This document shows positions 32,160 to 41,719 of a stretch of DNA of 64,000 nucleotides, piece by piece. Position numbers and translations under genes: made by a program. Origin of the DNA: Dehalococcoidia bacterium. Its GTDB lineage: Bacteria; Chloroflexota; Dehalococcoidia; Bin125. How positions within the stretch are numbered: position 1 is the first letter of the stretch; every line of letters starts with the position of its first letter. A model generated the notes under the pieces. That model did not search any database. It saw only the letters and a program-made list of their open reading frames with translations, and was not told where the DNA came from. Location of the stretch: NCBI GenBank assembly GCA_963555985.3, contig OY820591.1:544001-608000 (forward strand), written 5' to 3'.

Positions 32160-33437
32160 ATGGACTCCGACAGCGACACGTATCTGCAGATTCGCGGCGG
32201 GCGGCGCTTGTCCGGCGTGGCGACTGTGGCCGGGGCGAAGAATGCGGCGCTGCCGTGTTTGGCGGCGACGTTGTTGACTGACCAGCCGACGCGCCTGCGG
32301 CGGGTGCCGGCGATCTCGGACATTGGCCGATTTTGCGAGATCCTGGAGACGCTTGGGGCCGTCGTTCAGTTCGACGCGGCCAGCGGCGAGTTGGAGGTAC
32401 GCCCGCCGGCCGGTGGTTGCTCGGCGACGCCGCCCGACCAGTTGGTGGCCGCGCTGCGAGCGTCGTTTCTGGTGATGGGGCCGCTGCTTGCGCGCAGCGG
32501 GCGAGCGTCTTGCGGCGCGCCCGGGGGGGATGTGATTGGCGCGCGTCCGCTGGATGTGCATCTGGCGGGTTTTCGAGCGCTTGGCGCCGAAGTGGAGACG
32601 TCCGGCAGCCGCACGACCGCCTTCGCTCCGCAAGGTCTGCGCGGGGCGGTGATCGTGCTCGATTACCCCAGCGTGCTTGGTACGGAGAATCTTCTGCTCG
32701 CGGCTGTGCTGGCGGCGGGGCGCACTGAGATCGTGAACGCTGCGATGGAGCCGGAGATCGTCTGTTTGGCGGAGATGCTCAAGGCGATGGGGGCGCGCAT
32801 TTCGGGGGCGGGGCAGCACACGATCGTGATTGACGGCGTGGAGCGGTTGTCCGGGGTGGATCATGAGTTGATCGCGGACCGGATCGAAGCGGGGACGCTG
32901 GCGATTGCGGCGGTGATCAGCGGCGGCGATGTTCGTCTGGGGCGGATCGAGCCGCGCCATTTGGACGCGCTGTGCGCCAAACTGACTCAGATCGGGGCGG
33001 AGCTGGAGTGCGAACGGGATGACTTGCGGGTGCGGGCGTTGCATCCGTTGCAGGCGACGAATGTGCAGGCGCTGCCGTATCCGGGCTTTGCGACCGACCT
33101 GCAAGCGCCGATTACCGCTCTGCTGACGCAGGCGCACGGGACCTCGATCGTGCATGAGCGGGTCTTCGAGAATCGGATGCAGCATCTCGATCAGCTGCGC
33201 AAGTTCGGCGCGAACCTGATTAGCGGCGGGGCGATGCCGGTGGTGCATGGTCCGGCGCGGCTGTCGGGGGCGGTGGTGCGGGGGACGGATATTCGCGCGG
33301 CGGCGGCGCTGGTGGTGGCGGCGCTCGCCGCCGAGGGTGTGAGCGAGGTGTACGGGGTGGATCATCTGGATCGCGCGTATGTGGGCTTGGATCGGACGCT
33401 CAGGCGGCTGGGTGCGGAGATTGAGCGGGTTGGCTAG
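32160..33437 (+). CDS. murA: UDP-N-acetylglucosamine 1-carboxyvinyltransferase (Asp at Cys115 position)
   Basis: 'GAKNAALP', 'RASFLVMGPLL', 'PGGDVIGARP', 'DRIEAGT', 'YPGFATDLQ'. Confidence 0.95.
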   Translation: MDSDSDTYLQIRGGRRLSGVATVAGAKNAALPCLAATLLTDQPTRLRRVPAISDIGRFCEILETLGAVVQFDAASGELEVRPPAGGCSATPPDQLVAALRASFLVMGPLLARSGRASCGAPGGDVIGARPLDVHLAGFRALGAEVETSGSRTTAFAPQGLRGAVIVLDYPSVLGTENLLLAAVLAAGRTEIVNAAMEPEIVCLAEMLKAMGARISGAGQHTIVIDGVERLSGVDHELIADRIEAGTLAIAAVISGGDVRLGRIEPRHLDALCAKLTQIGAELECERDDLRVRALHPLQATNVQALPYPGFATDLQAPITALLTQAHGTSIVHERVFENRMQHLDQLRKFGANLISGGAMPVVHGPARLSGAVVRGTDIRAAAALVVAALAAEGVSEVYGVDHLDRAYVGLDRTLRRLGAEIERVG

Positions 33438-33469
33438 GTGGGGAAGGTCATTGCGAGACTTCCTTGGCC

Positions 33470-33620
33470 TGTTCGGATTTGCACAGATCACTGTGCCAGA
33501 GCGTGCGAGTAGGCCGGACCCCCCCTCTGTCGCTACGTGACATCTCCCCCCGCAAGGGGGGGAGAGGGGATCCTCTCTGTCGCTACGTGACGTCTCACCC
33601 GCAGTGCGGGGGAGAGGGGA
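33470..33620. repeat. Composite GC hairpin repeat cluster
   Basis: CCCCCTCTGTCGCTACGTGACATCTCCCCCCGCAAGGGGGGAGAGG followed by a degenerate second copy. Confidence 0.8.
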
Positions 33621-33722
33621 GCTGGTACGGGACATGTCCTCGTGCGGCGCGGGGGTGAGCAGATCACGGTGCAGATGCAGGTTGGGGGTAGAATCGCTCC
33701 AGCGCGGCGGAATGCGAGCTAC

Positions 33723-34769
33723 ATGTTCTTCACCAAGAAGCTGGGGATCGACCTCGGCACGGCCCACCTGCGAATTGCGATTCCCGGCCGCGACGGCGGG
33801 ATTGTGGTCAGCGAACCGTCCGTGGTTGCCTTGTCGCAGCGCGAGAACGCGGTGATCGCGGCGGGGGGCGATGCGGCGAACCTGCTGGGACGGACGCCGG
33901 AGAGCATCACGATCGCTCACCCGATGCGCGAGGGCGTGGTCGACGATTATCTGATCGTGGAGGCGCTGCTGCGCTACTACATGTCGCAGGTGACGGGGCG
34001 CTTCAACCTGGTGCGGCCTGAAGTGATGATCGCGACGCCGGTGGGCGTCACGAACGTAGAGCAGCGGGCGGTGCGAGACGCGGCCGAGCAGGCTGGGGCG
34101 CGGCGTCCGGCGCATTTGATTGCGAATCCGCTGGCAGCGGCGATTGGGGCGGGCGTGCCGATGGGTGACGCGCGCGGTGCGCTGGTGGTGGATCTGGGCG
34201 CGGGGCGTTCGGAGGCGGCGGTGCTCTCGATGTACGGGGTGGTGGTCTGGGAGTCGGCGCGGGCGGGGGGCGAGGTGATCTCGGAGGCGATCTCGGAGCA
34301 TATGAAGCGGCGGCACAACCTGTTGATCGGCGAACGCACCGCCGATGAGTTGAAGCGCCAGATTGGTTCGGCGGTGCCGCTGGAGGATTCGATCCGCACC
34401 CAGGTGCGGGGACGCGATCAGGTCTCGGGGATGCCGCGCACGGTGGCGGTGACCTCGAACGAACTCTCGCCCTCGATTCAGACGGTGCTGGAGACGGTGG
34501 TCGAGGTGATTCGGAGCACGCTGGAGCGGACGCCGCCGGAGCTGACGGCGGACATTATTGATCGAGGGATGATGCTGACCGGCGGGGGCGCGCTGCTGCG
34601 CGGTCTGGACACTTACTTGTTGGAGCAGACGAGCATTCCGGTCACGATTGCGGAGCAGCCTGAGGAGGCGGTGGCGCTTGGTGCGGCTCAGGCGCTGGAT
34701 AATCTGGATTTGATTGGTCCGAATTTGCTGGGCAGCGAGAGCGCTCTGAGCGGGACGGACGGGTTTTAG
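33723..34769 (+). CDS. mreB: Rod shape-determining protein MreB/Mbl
   Basis: 'LGIDLGT', 'EPSVVA', 'LLIGERTA', 'LERTPPEL', 'LTGGGALL'. Confidence 0.9.
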   Translation: MFFTKKLGIDLGTAHLRIAIPGRDGGIVVSEPSVVALSQRENAVIAAGGDAANLLGRTPESITIAHPMREGVVDDYLIVEALLRYYMSQVTGRFNLVRPEVMIATPVGVTNVEQRAVRDAAEQAGARRPAHLIANPLAAAIGAGVPMGDARGALVVDLGAGRSEAAVLSMYGVVVWESARAGGEVISEAISEHMKRRHNLLIGERTADELKRQIGSAVPLEDSIRTQVRGRDQVSGMPRTVAVTSNELSPSIQTVLETVVEVIRSTLERTPPELTADIIDRGMMLTGGGALLRGLDTYLLEQTSIPVTIAEQPEEAVALGAAQALDNLDLIGPNLLGSESALSGTDGF

Positions 34770-34820
34770 GGGGTCTGGGATGATCGCCGTCACTGTGTGA
34801 TCCTGCCTGGTTGGGCGTAG

Positions 34821-35050
34821 GGGACCCCCCCTCTGTCACTACATGACATCTCCCCCCGCAGTGGGGGGAGAGGGGAGCGGACTTCTGCAAAGGGATCCCT
34901 TTGAGGGGACGGGCTCCGCGGTGGGGGGAGAGGGGAGCGGATTTTCGCAACGGTCTCCGCAGGCGGGAATTCACATCCCACTCGATACGCGGCATGGATT
35001 CCCGCCTGCGCGGGAATGACGGATTTTGGGCAGATCTCTAGAGGGGGATC
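34821..35050. repeat. Composite palindromic repeat cluster
   Basis: GC hairpin, 60-bp-period duplication, TTTCGCAACGGTCTC and GGATTCCCGCCTGCGCGGGAATGACGG. Confidence 0.85.
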
Positions 35051-35063
35051 GGCGCTTTTGGTT

Positions 35064-35753
35064 TTAGGCGACCCAGCCGGTTGGTTCCTGATCGCCTGAG
35101 TCTTCGGCGCGGGGGAGGTAGTAGGCCATGCTTTCCAGTTCCATGACGGGATCGATTTGGCGGAGGCGGACTCCGTCGGGGACGCTGGTGGTGATGGGGG
35201 CGTAGCTGAGGATGGCGCGCACGCCGCCCTCGACCAGGGTTTCGATGACCTCCTGGGCGGCTTGGGCGGGGACGGCGACGATGCCCATGGGCACGGGATG
35301 GGCGTCGAGGAACTCGCGCAGCGTGTTGACGTGATCGACACGCACGTTTTCAATCGTCTGGTTGATTCGGGCCGGGTCGAGGTCGAAGGCGCGGATGACC
35401 TCGAAGCCCTGGCGGCGGAAGTCGCCATAACCCAGCAATGCTCGTCCGAGGCGGCCGACGCCGACCAGGACGAGCTGCTGGACGTGTCCGTTGAGGCCGA
35501 GGATGCGGCGCAGGCGCTCGCGCAGTTCTTCGACCTCGTAGCCGCGGCCCTGCTTGCCGAAGCGGCCGAAGTAGGAGAGGTCTTTGCGGATTTGGGCGGG
35601 GGTGACGTTGAGGCGCCGGCCCAGCTCCTTGGAGGAGATGTAGTCGCGTCCCTCGCTGAGCAACAAGCTCAGTTCGCGTGCGTACATGGGCAGGCGCCGA
35701 ACGACGATGTCGGGGATGTCCTCAGTGCCGTCCTGAGATGCAAGCTCGCTCAC
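35064..35753 (-). CDS. rex: Redox-sensing transcriptional repressor Rex
   Basis: 'RRLPMY', 'QIRKDLSYFGRFGKQGRGY', 'VGVGRLG' Rossmann motif. Confidence 0.96.
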   Translation of the reverse strand: MSELASQDGTEDIPDIVVRRLPMYARELSLLLSEGRDYISSKELGRRLNVTPAQIRKDLSYFGRFGKQGRGYEVEELRERLRRILGLNGHVQQLVLVGVGRLGRALLGYGDFRRQGFEVIRAFDLDPARINQTIENVRVDHVNTLREFLDAHPVPMGIVAVPAQAAQEVIETLVEGGVRAILSYAPITTSVPDGVRLRQIDPVMELESMAYYLPRAEDSGDQEPTGWVA

Positions 35754-35838
35754 CTTGCGCCTCCTGGGGACAGGCTACAACCGACTTGCGAATTTGCCCC
35801 TTGAGCGCGGGCGCTGCCGCCGGCCGCGGAGCCAGCGC

Positions 35839-36837
35839 TCACAGCAGTTGATCCGAGGGTTGGCGCGTGCCGAAATCGTCGGCGCGCAGTTCGGCCAGGC
35901 GCCGGGCGCCGGCCTCGGAGAGCGGCGGCAAGTCCATCGCCTTGAGCTGGTCTTCTAGCTCCGCGCGGTTCTTGACGCCGGGGATCACTGAGGAGATTGC
36001 CGGCTGATCGAGGGCAAAACGCGCGGCGACACGCGAAAGCGGGACGCTTTCGGTTTCGAGGAAGCGCAGGCGTTCGACGCGCTGTACGTCGCTGGCGACC
36101 AGCGAGTCGTCGGCGACGGGGCGATCGACTCCCTGCGAGAGCGCTCCGCCGGCGAGGTTGCGGATGCCGATGACGCCGAGTCCGAGTTCGGCCGCGAGCG
36201 GCAGCAACTGCCCGTGATCGTGCAGCGATGAACCTGGCGGCAACGGTTCGGCGGCGGAATTGTTCAACAAGTTGTAATACACCTGGACCGTGTCGAGCGC
36301 TCCCTCGCGCATGACCTGGCGCACGCAGGCGGCGTCGCCCAGGCCGGTGATGCCGAGGTATCGAGTGAGGCCGGCGTCGCGCAGGCGGTGGAGCGCTGCG
36401 ACGGCGCTGAGCGCGTCGGCAAGCGCGATTGAGCGCGGGAACTGATCGCGTTCGGGGGTGATGCTGTTGTGGAGTTGGAACAGGTCGACGCGCTCGCGGC
36501 GGAGCCGCTCCAAGGACTCGTGGAGGCCGCGTTCGACGGCTGCGCCGATGTCTTCGAGGTCGTCGTCTCGGAGGGAGACCTTCGTGGCGACGAGCATGTC
36601 CTGCCCGACGCCGTTACGCGCTTCCAAGAGGGCGCGGCCCAGGTTGCGTTCGGCGGTTCCGTCGCCGTAGGAGGGGGCGACGTCGTAGAAGTTGACGCCT
36701 TCGCGGATGGCGAGGGCGATGGTTTGCTGGATTTCGTCGTCGGTGGTTTCGCCCCAGACCTGCCCGATGCCGCCGCCGCCCAGGCCGATTTCGGAGACGA
36801 CGAGTCCGGTGCGTCCCAGTCGTCGGTAGCGCATCAT
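35839..36837 (-). CDS. Aldo/keto reductase
   Basis: 'YRRLGRTGLVVSEIGLG', 'YDVAPSYG', 'ATKV', 'DLFQLH'. Confidence 0.92.
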   Translation of the reverse strand: MMRYRRLGRTGLVVSEIGLGGGGIGQVWGETTDDEIQQTIALAIREGVNFYDVAPSYGDGTAERNLGRALLEARNGVGQDMLVATKVSLRDDDLEDIGAAVERGLHESLERLRRERVDLFQLHNSITPERDQFPRSIALADALSAVAALHRLRDAGLTRYLGITGLGDAACVRQVMREGALDTVQVYYNLLNNSAAEPLPPGSSLHDHGQLLPLAAELGLGVIGIRNLAGGALSQGVDRPVADDSLVASDVQRVERLRFLETESVPLSRVAARFALDQPAISSVIPGVKNRAELEDQLKAMDLPPLSEAGARRLAELRADDFGTRQPSDQLL

Positions 36838-36939
36838 GGGCGGGTCCTTTCGGGCGGCGTTCGGGAGAGGCTAGTTGCTGTCTGGGTTAGAGGCAGGGTT
36901 GGGGAGGGGCGAGGTGTTCTCACTCCCTCTGGTCGGGCG

Positions 36940-37131
36940 CCCCCCCTCTGTCACTCCGTGACATCTCCCTCCCCGCCTACGCGGGGACAGGCTCCGCAAG
37001 GGGGGAGAGGAGAGCTCCGCAAGGGGGGGAGGAGATTGCGGCTTTGGCAACGGTCTCGGTAGGCGGGAATGCGCATCCCGCTCGAGACGCCGCATGGATT
37101 CCCGCGTTCGCGGGAATGACGGAAATGGGGA
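36940..37131. repeat. Composite repeat, left flank of the HTH gene
   Basis: Shares GACATCTCCCTCCCCGCCTACGCGGGGACAGGCTCCGCAAGGGGG and ATGGATTCCCGCGTTCGCGGGAATGACGGAAA with 38012-38250, same orientation. Confidence 0.85.
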
Positions 37132-37908
37132 TTAGGCGGGGAGTTGTCGCTGGCGCTGGCGGCTGAGTTCAAGGTACTCGCGGATCCAGGGGTCAGGGCC
37201 GTCGACGGCCTGGATCAGGGGGTCTTGGGGGTCGTCGATGTAGCCGGGGTAGGGCGCTTGGGACGGGGGATTCTGGCCGGGTTGGTTCGATTCGCTGTTG
37301 TGGTTGGGGGATTGCTCGATTGCGTGTTCGGGCTTGTTCGGTTCTGTTCGGGCCGGTGCGTCGGCGTCTTGGGCGCGTTCGTCGTGTTCGGAGGCGTTCG
37401 GTTCCGTTCGGCTGGGTGCGGGTGCGAGGGCGAGCGGTTGGTCGGGGTCGAGGTCGGCGTTCGGTTCGGCGGGAGGTGCCTCGATCTGCTGGATTTCTTC
37501 GGGGGTGGGGGGGAAGAAGTGTTCGGGCCTGGGGTAGCGTTGGCCGTAGCGGTCGACGCTGACGCCGCCCTGGACGAGTTCTTGGGTGCGCTCGGATTCG
37601 TCGCGGCGGATTTTGGGCACGGCCGTGAGCAGCAGGCGCAGTTCGCGGATGTCGGCGCGGCGGCGGTCGTGGTGGGGGTCGTCGAGGTCGGCGAGTTGGA
37701 GCAGGTGGACGACGAGTTGGTCGGCGGCGAGTTCCTGGATCAAGTCGGCGCGGAAGAGTTCGAAGTCTTTGAGGTAGGCGGCGACGGTGGAGTGTGCGCA
37801 GCCCATCTCCTGGGCGATTTGGCGGAGGGTGAGGCCTTGTTGGCGGAGTTGGTGTGCTTGGAGCAGTTTGGCGCGTCGGGCGGGGTTGGGGAAGTTGGGG
37901 AAGCTCAT
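37132..37908 (-). CDS. HTH-domain protein with Pro/Glu-rich low-complexity tail
   Basis: 'LRQQGLTLRQIAQEMGCAHSTVAAYL' helix-turn-helix. Confidence 0.7.
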   Translation of the reverse strand: MSFPNFPNPARRAKLLQAHQLRQQGLTLRQIAQEMGCAHSTVAAYLKDFELFRADLIQELAADQLVVHLLQLADLDDPHHDRRRADIRELRLLLTAVPKIRRDESERTQELVQGGVSVDRYGQRYPRPEHFFPPTPEEIQQIEAPPAEPNADLDPDQPLALAPAPSRTEPNASEHDERAQDADAPARTEPNKPEHAIEQSPNHNSESNQPGQNPPSQAPYPGYIDDPQDPLIQAVDGPDPWIREYLELSRQRQRQLPA

Positions 37909-38011
37909 CTTTGCTCGCTCTCTTGTTCTGTGGGTGGATAGTCGAGCTTACCGTATGTGTGTTCGTATGTGTTGGAGTTGGGGTGTGTTTTGGTTGACAG
38001 AGTGGTGAGGG

Positions 38012-38250
38012 AGGACCCCCCTCTGTCCCCCCGCCTTCGCGGGGGCAGGCTCTACGGGACATCTCCCTCCCCGCCTACGCGGGGACAGGCTCCGCAAGGG
38101 GGGGAGAGGGGAGCACTTTTGCAACGATCTCCTCGAGTGGGAATTCGGGTCCCACTCGAGGCGCTGTATGGATTCCCGCGTTCGCGGGAATGACGGAAAC
38201 GGGAGTTTTGCAAAGGCCTCCTTTCGCGGGGACAGGCTCCGCGGCGGAGC
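38012..38250. repeat. Composite repeat, right flank of the HTH gene
   Basis: Direct-repeat counterpart of 36940-37131, continuing into TTTTGCAAAGGCCTC. Confidence 0.85.
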
Positions 38251-38349
38251 GCGGGTCTGACGGTCATGCATTGGTTTGGGGAAGGGTGGAGTGTGGGCTG
38301 CTTGGCGGGAAGGCCGTACTCAGTGTGAACAGGCTTTAGCATTGGCCTC

Positions 38350-39087
38350 ATGGTTCGCAAACGGATGCTTGAGGAAGATGCTCGCCGGCTTTTGGGCGGG
38401 TCTCCGGTGCTGCTGGTCAGCACTCGCTGGCGGGCGGTGGCCAATGTCGCGCCGATCGCGTACGCGATGCCGGTCTCGATGAACCCCCCGTTGATCGCGA
38501 TCGCCGTGCATCCCTCGCGGCGGACGCACGACATGATCAAATACGGCGAGGAGTTCGTGATCAACATTCCCTCACGGGTGCTGCTCAACCACACTCAGTG
38601 GCTGGGGATGGTCTCGAACTCGGTCGGCGACAAGCTGGAGGCGTCGCGGGTGCCCTCGTTCAAGGGCAAGGAGGTGGACTCGCCCCTGCTCGAGGGCTGC
38701 GTCGGCTGGATCGAGTGCACCTTGCACGACTATTACACGATGGGCGATCACACGCTCTTCATCGGCAAGGTCGTCTCTGCGCAGGCGGACACTGACGGGT
38801 TCGATTTCAATACCGGGATGTGGTCGCTGGACGACGCCGAATACAAGCCCTTGATGTACCTGGGCGGGCGCAGCTACAGCCTGCTTGACGAGTCGTTTGA
38901 CGCGACGGTAGAACAGCGCCCGGTTGAACAGATGCTGGAAGAGGGGATCGGGCGCGAACTGGAGGAGGCCGAGGCGGAGCGGCGGATCAAGCGTGAGGAA
39001 GAGGCGGAGCGGCGCGAAGAGGAAGAGCGGCGCGGCGAGTTTGAGCCGGATACGTCGAGTCTGCCGCGCGAACTGCCCGACGCCTGA
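38350..39087 (+). CDS. Flavin reductase-like (DIM6/NTAB) protein with acidic helical tail
   Basis: 'PVSMNPPLIAI', 'EFVINIP', 'IECTL...GDHTLFIGKV'. Confidence 0.88.
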   Translation: MVRKRMLEEDARRLLGGSPVLLVSTRWRAVANVAPIAYAMPVSMNPPLIAIAVHPSRRTHDMIKYGEEFVINIPSRVLLNHTQWLGMVSNSVGDKLEASRVPSFKGKEVDSPLLEGCVGWIECTLHDYYTMGDHTLFIGKVVSAQADTDGFDFNTGMWSLDDAEYKPLMYLGGRSYSLLDESFDATVEQRPVEQMLEEGIGRELEEAEAERRIKREEEAERREEEERRGEFEPDTSSLPRELPDA

Positions 39088-39089
39088 GC

Positions 39090-40154
39090 TCAGGCTCGCA
39101 GCGCCGGCGCGACCTCTGCCATGAACAGGCGCATCGAGCGCACGACCTGGTCGTGCGGGATGACGCCGCCGGCGTTGCACCAGGTTAGGAAGTGGCCGAC
39201 TTGGTAGCGGTCGCGCAGGGCCGCCAGTTTGGCGGTGACTTCATCGACACTGCCGATCGCGCACATTTCGTCAAGCAGTCCCTCGTAGCTGAGGGTGCTG
39301 TTGCGCTCCATCAGCGGAGGCAGGTTGTTGGGGTCGCCGCCGCGCGCGCGCAGACTGCGCAGACCGGTCTCGGTGACGACCTGGATGTAGCTCATCAGGC
39401 TTTCGCGCGCTTCTTCGCGCGCCTGCTCGGGGGTCTCGGCCACATGCACCGGCAACAGCAAGCCGGCGTCGGAGGCAAGGGGACGCGCGCCCTCGCGTTC
39501 GGTGCGGCCCTGCCAATAGCCGGCGTAGCGGTGGTCCAGGTCTTCGTGGAAGGCGGTGATTGGCGAGGCGAAGACGCGCCAGCTCTCGCGCATGGCCCGT
39601 TCGAAGGACTCATCGCTGTTCGCCGCCATTCGGAGCGGCGGTCCGGGGCGCTGAATCGGCTTGGGCACGACCTGGACGTTGCTGTAGCTGAAGTGGTTGC
39701 CGCTGAAGTTGACGGGATCGTCCGACCAGGCCTGGCGGATCACGGTCAGGGCCTCATCAAAGCGCTCTGCTCGATCGGACATGCGCACGTTGAACCCGGA
39801 GAAATGCTCACCGATCGCGCCGCGGCCGACGCCGTATTCGAGCCTGCCAGCGGAGATGATGTCGAGCGTGGCGGCGTCTTCGGCGGCGCGAATCGGATCG
39901 ACCAGCGGCAAGAGCGCGACGCCGGTGCCCAGCCGAATCCGCTCGGTTTGCGCGGCGGCGGCGGCCATCGCCACCATTGGCGAGGGCAGCACGGAGAACT
40001 CGCGCACGAAGTGCATTTCGGCGAGCCAGGCGGCGTCCCAGCCGATCCGGTCGGCCTCGACGATCTGCGCGATGGTGTCGCGGTAGCGCGTGGGTACGTC
40101 CTGGCCGTCGGCTTGGGGCAGCTGGAAGAAGAGTCCGAACTCGAGCGACGCCAT
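39090..40154 (-). CDS. LLM-class flavin-dependent monooxygenase
   Basis: 'WLAEMHF', 'AEDAATLDIISAGRLEYGVGRG', 'VPKPIQRPGP'. Confidence 0.92.
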   Translation of the reverse strand: MASLEFGLFFQLPQADGQDVPTRYRDTIAQIVEADRIGWDAAWLAEMHFVREFSVLPSPMVAMAAAAAQTERIRLGTGVALLPLVDPIRAAEDAATLDIISAGRLEYGVGRGAIGEHFSGFNVRMSDRAERFDEALTVIRQAWSDDPVNFSGNHFSYSNVQVVPKPIQRPGPPLRMAANSDESFERAMRESWRVFASPITAFHEDLDHRYAGYWQGRTEREGARPLASDAGLLLPVHVAETPEQAREEARESLMSYIQVVTETGLRSLRARGGDPNNLPPLMERNSTLSYEGLLDEMCAIGSVDEVTAKLAALRDRYQVGHFLTWCNAGGVIPHDQVVRSMRLFMAEVAPALRA

Positions 40155-40198
40155 ACGCGGCTCCTGTCCTGATGGATCAGGCTACCGCAGCGGAGGCG

Positions 40199-40672
40199 CT
40201 AGTCGGGGAGGGTTAGGTAGACGCTGTTTTCTTCGTAGATTGCGTGGAAGCCGAATTGGAGGAGTACGTCCCGGCCGAGGAGGGAGGGGATGTCCCAAAC
40301 GGGGTCGGCGTCCGGTGCGGCTGGACGGGGGATGAGGACATTAGTGAGAATGCGCTCCGGCGCATCGACATCATCGACAAACGTCAATGTGAGCTCCAGC
40401 GGATAGGCGTCGATTCCGCCTGTAATTCCGGCGAGCGGGACGTGAGTGCGAGGATCGTCGAAGTCGATTTCTTCCCATGCCGTGTCGAGCACGGCTCGGG
40501 CATCCTCCAGACTGAGTGTGGTCACTTCGGAGCCTGTGTCAATCAGGAAGTCAATCCGCGGCCGACGATTATCCCACTCGACGTAGGCTTCGATTGAAGG
40601 CGCGTAGAGTGCCGGCGGCGGTTCGCCGCTGATGGTGTCAAAGACGAGGTAACTGCCTGGAAAGTTGCGCAT
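40199..40672 (-). CDS. Retropepsin-like aspartic protease
   Basis: 'FLIDTGS' catalytic motif and 'SLLGRDVL'. Confidence 0.8.
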   Translation of the reverse strand: MRNFPGSYLVFDTISGEPPPALYAPSIEAYVEWDNRRPRIDFLIDTGSEVTTLSLEDARAVLDTAWEEIDFDDPRTHVPLAGITGGIDAYPLELTLTFVDDVDAPERILTNVLIPRPAAPDADPVWDIPSLLGRDVLLQFGFHAIYEENSVYLTLPD

Positions 40673-41004
40673 TATTGACGTCGACGCAGGTATCCATAGC
40701 TGGAACCCAGTCGTCGGCGGGGTACGAGAAACGTGGCGTTGCGCGTGGGCGGGTCAAGTGCGTCATAGAACTCGAACATCTCGCCGCGCGTCTCGAACGA
40801 ACGCACTTCGCCGCCGCGAATCACCAGGATGTGCCGGTCCCAGTGTGCTTCCAGAATCTCGCTGCGGTGCTCGTCGTAGTAGGAGCGGTTTTGGCGCGAC
40901 TCGCGCAGGCAGGCGCGCTCTTCTTCGGTCCACTCGCGTTGCGGAAGTCGTCGGAAGCCCGTCAGTTTCAAGGCTGGTTCGGTGGAATTCGTTTCGGTCG
41001 TCAC
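40672..41004 (-). CDS. DUF5678-like small protein
   Basis: 'NRSYYDEHRSEILEAHWDRHILVIRGGEV'; TAATG overlap with the protease gene. Confidence 0.6.
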   Translation of the reverse strand: MTTETNSTEPALKLTGFRRLPQREWTEEERACLRESRQNRSYYDEHRSEILEAHWDRHILVIRGGEVRSFETRGEMFEFYDALDPPTRNATFLVPRRRLGSSYGYLRRRQ

Positions 41005-41132
41005 GATGCCGACTCCCCACTGATACCAAGATGATATCGGCTTTCGCAGCAGGCTGGACTGAGGGGATGCCAGGAACGAGGTTGTGGCGGTTGCCTATAC
41101 TCCCCACACTGCTCCAGATCGAGAGGCTCGCC

Positions 41133-41687
41133 ATGTCTACTTACACGATTCAGGACCTCGTCCGCGACGCGCAGCGGATTGCCGACCGGGGCGACTCCGG
41201 CGAGCAGCAGATTGCGGCGATTGCGGGGCCGCTGGAGCGGGTGATTAGCCGGCCCGATTGCCTGCTTGATCTGCCCGATTGCGAGACGGCAGACCCGGAG
41301 AAGGGGTTTCTGATCCATCGCAGCGACAATCTGACGATCAATGCGGTGGTCTGGGCGCCGGACAGCGGGGCGCCGATCCATAACCACAACGGTTGGGCGA
41401 TGGAGGGTGTGATTTCGGGAGTGGAGCTGAACCGCAACTTCGACCGCACCGATGACGGTACTGTGCCCTGGTACGCGACGTTGGAGGAGCGCGATCCGAC
41501 GCGGGTCGAAGCCGGTGGGACGACGTACCTGCCGGAGCCGCCGTCCGACATTCATGCGGTCGAGATTCTGCACGGCAAGACGGTGGCGATTCACGTCTAC
41601 GGCCTCGACCTCTACCGGCAGTGGCGCTACCGCTTCGATCTGGAGACGGGCAAGGTCTCTCCATTTGGGATGCGCTCTCAGCGCTAA
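41133..41687 (+). CDS. Cysteine dioxygenase-like cupin
   Basis: 'APIHNH.GW', 'DIHAV', 'AIHVYG'. Confidence 0.8.
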   Translation: MSTYTIQDLVRDAQRIADRGDSGEQQIAAIAGPLERVISRPDCLLDLPDCETADPEKGFLIHRSDNLTINAVVWAPDSGAPIHNHNGWAMEGVISGVELNRNFDRTDDGTVPWYATLEERDPTRVEAGGTTYLPEPPSDIHAVEILHGKTVAIHVYGLDLYRQWRYRFDLETGKVSPFGMRSQR

Positions 41688-41719
41688 ACGACGATCGGTT
41701 ACAGCGAGAGGGATCGCTC

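Noticed and set aside
31620-34793. 1057-aa minus-strand ORF
   Set aside because: Antisense shadow of atpC-murA-mreB in high-GC DNA; Arg/His-rich with no motifs
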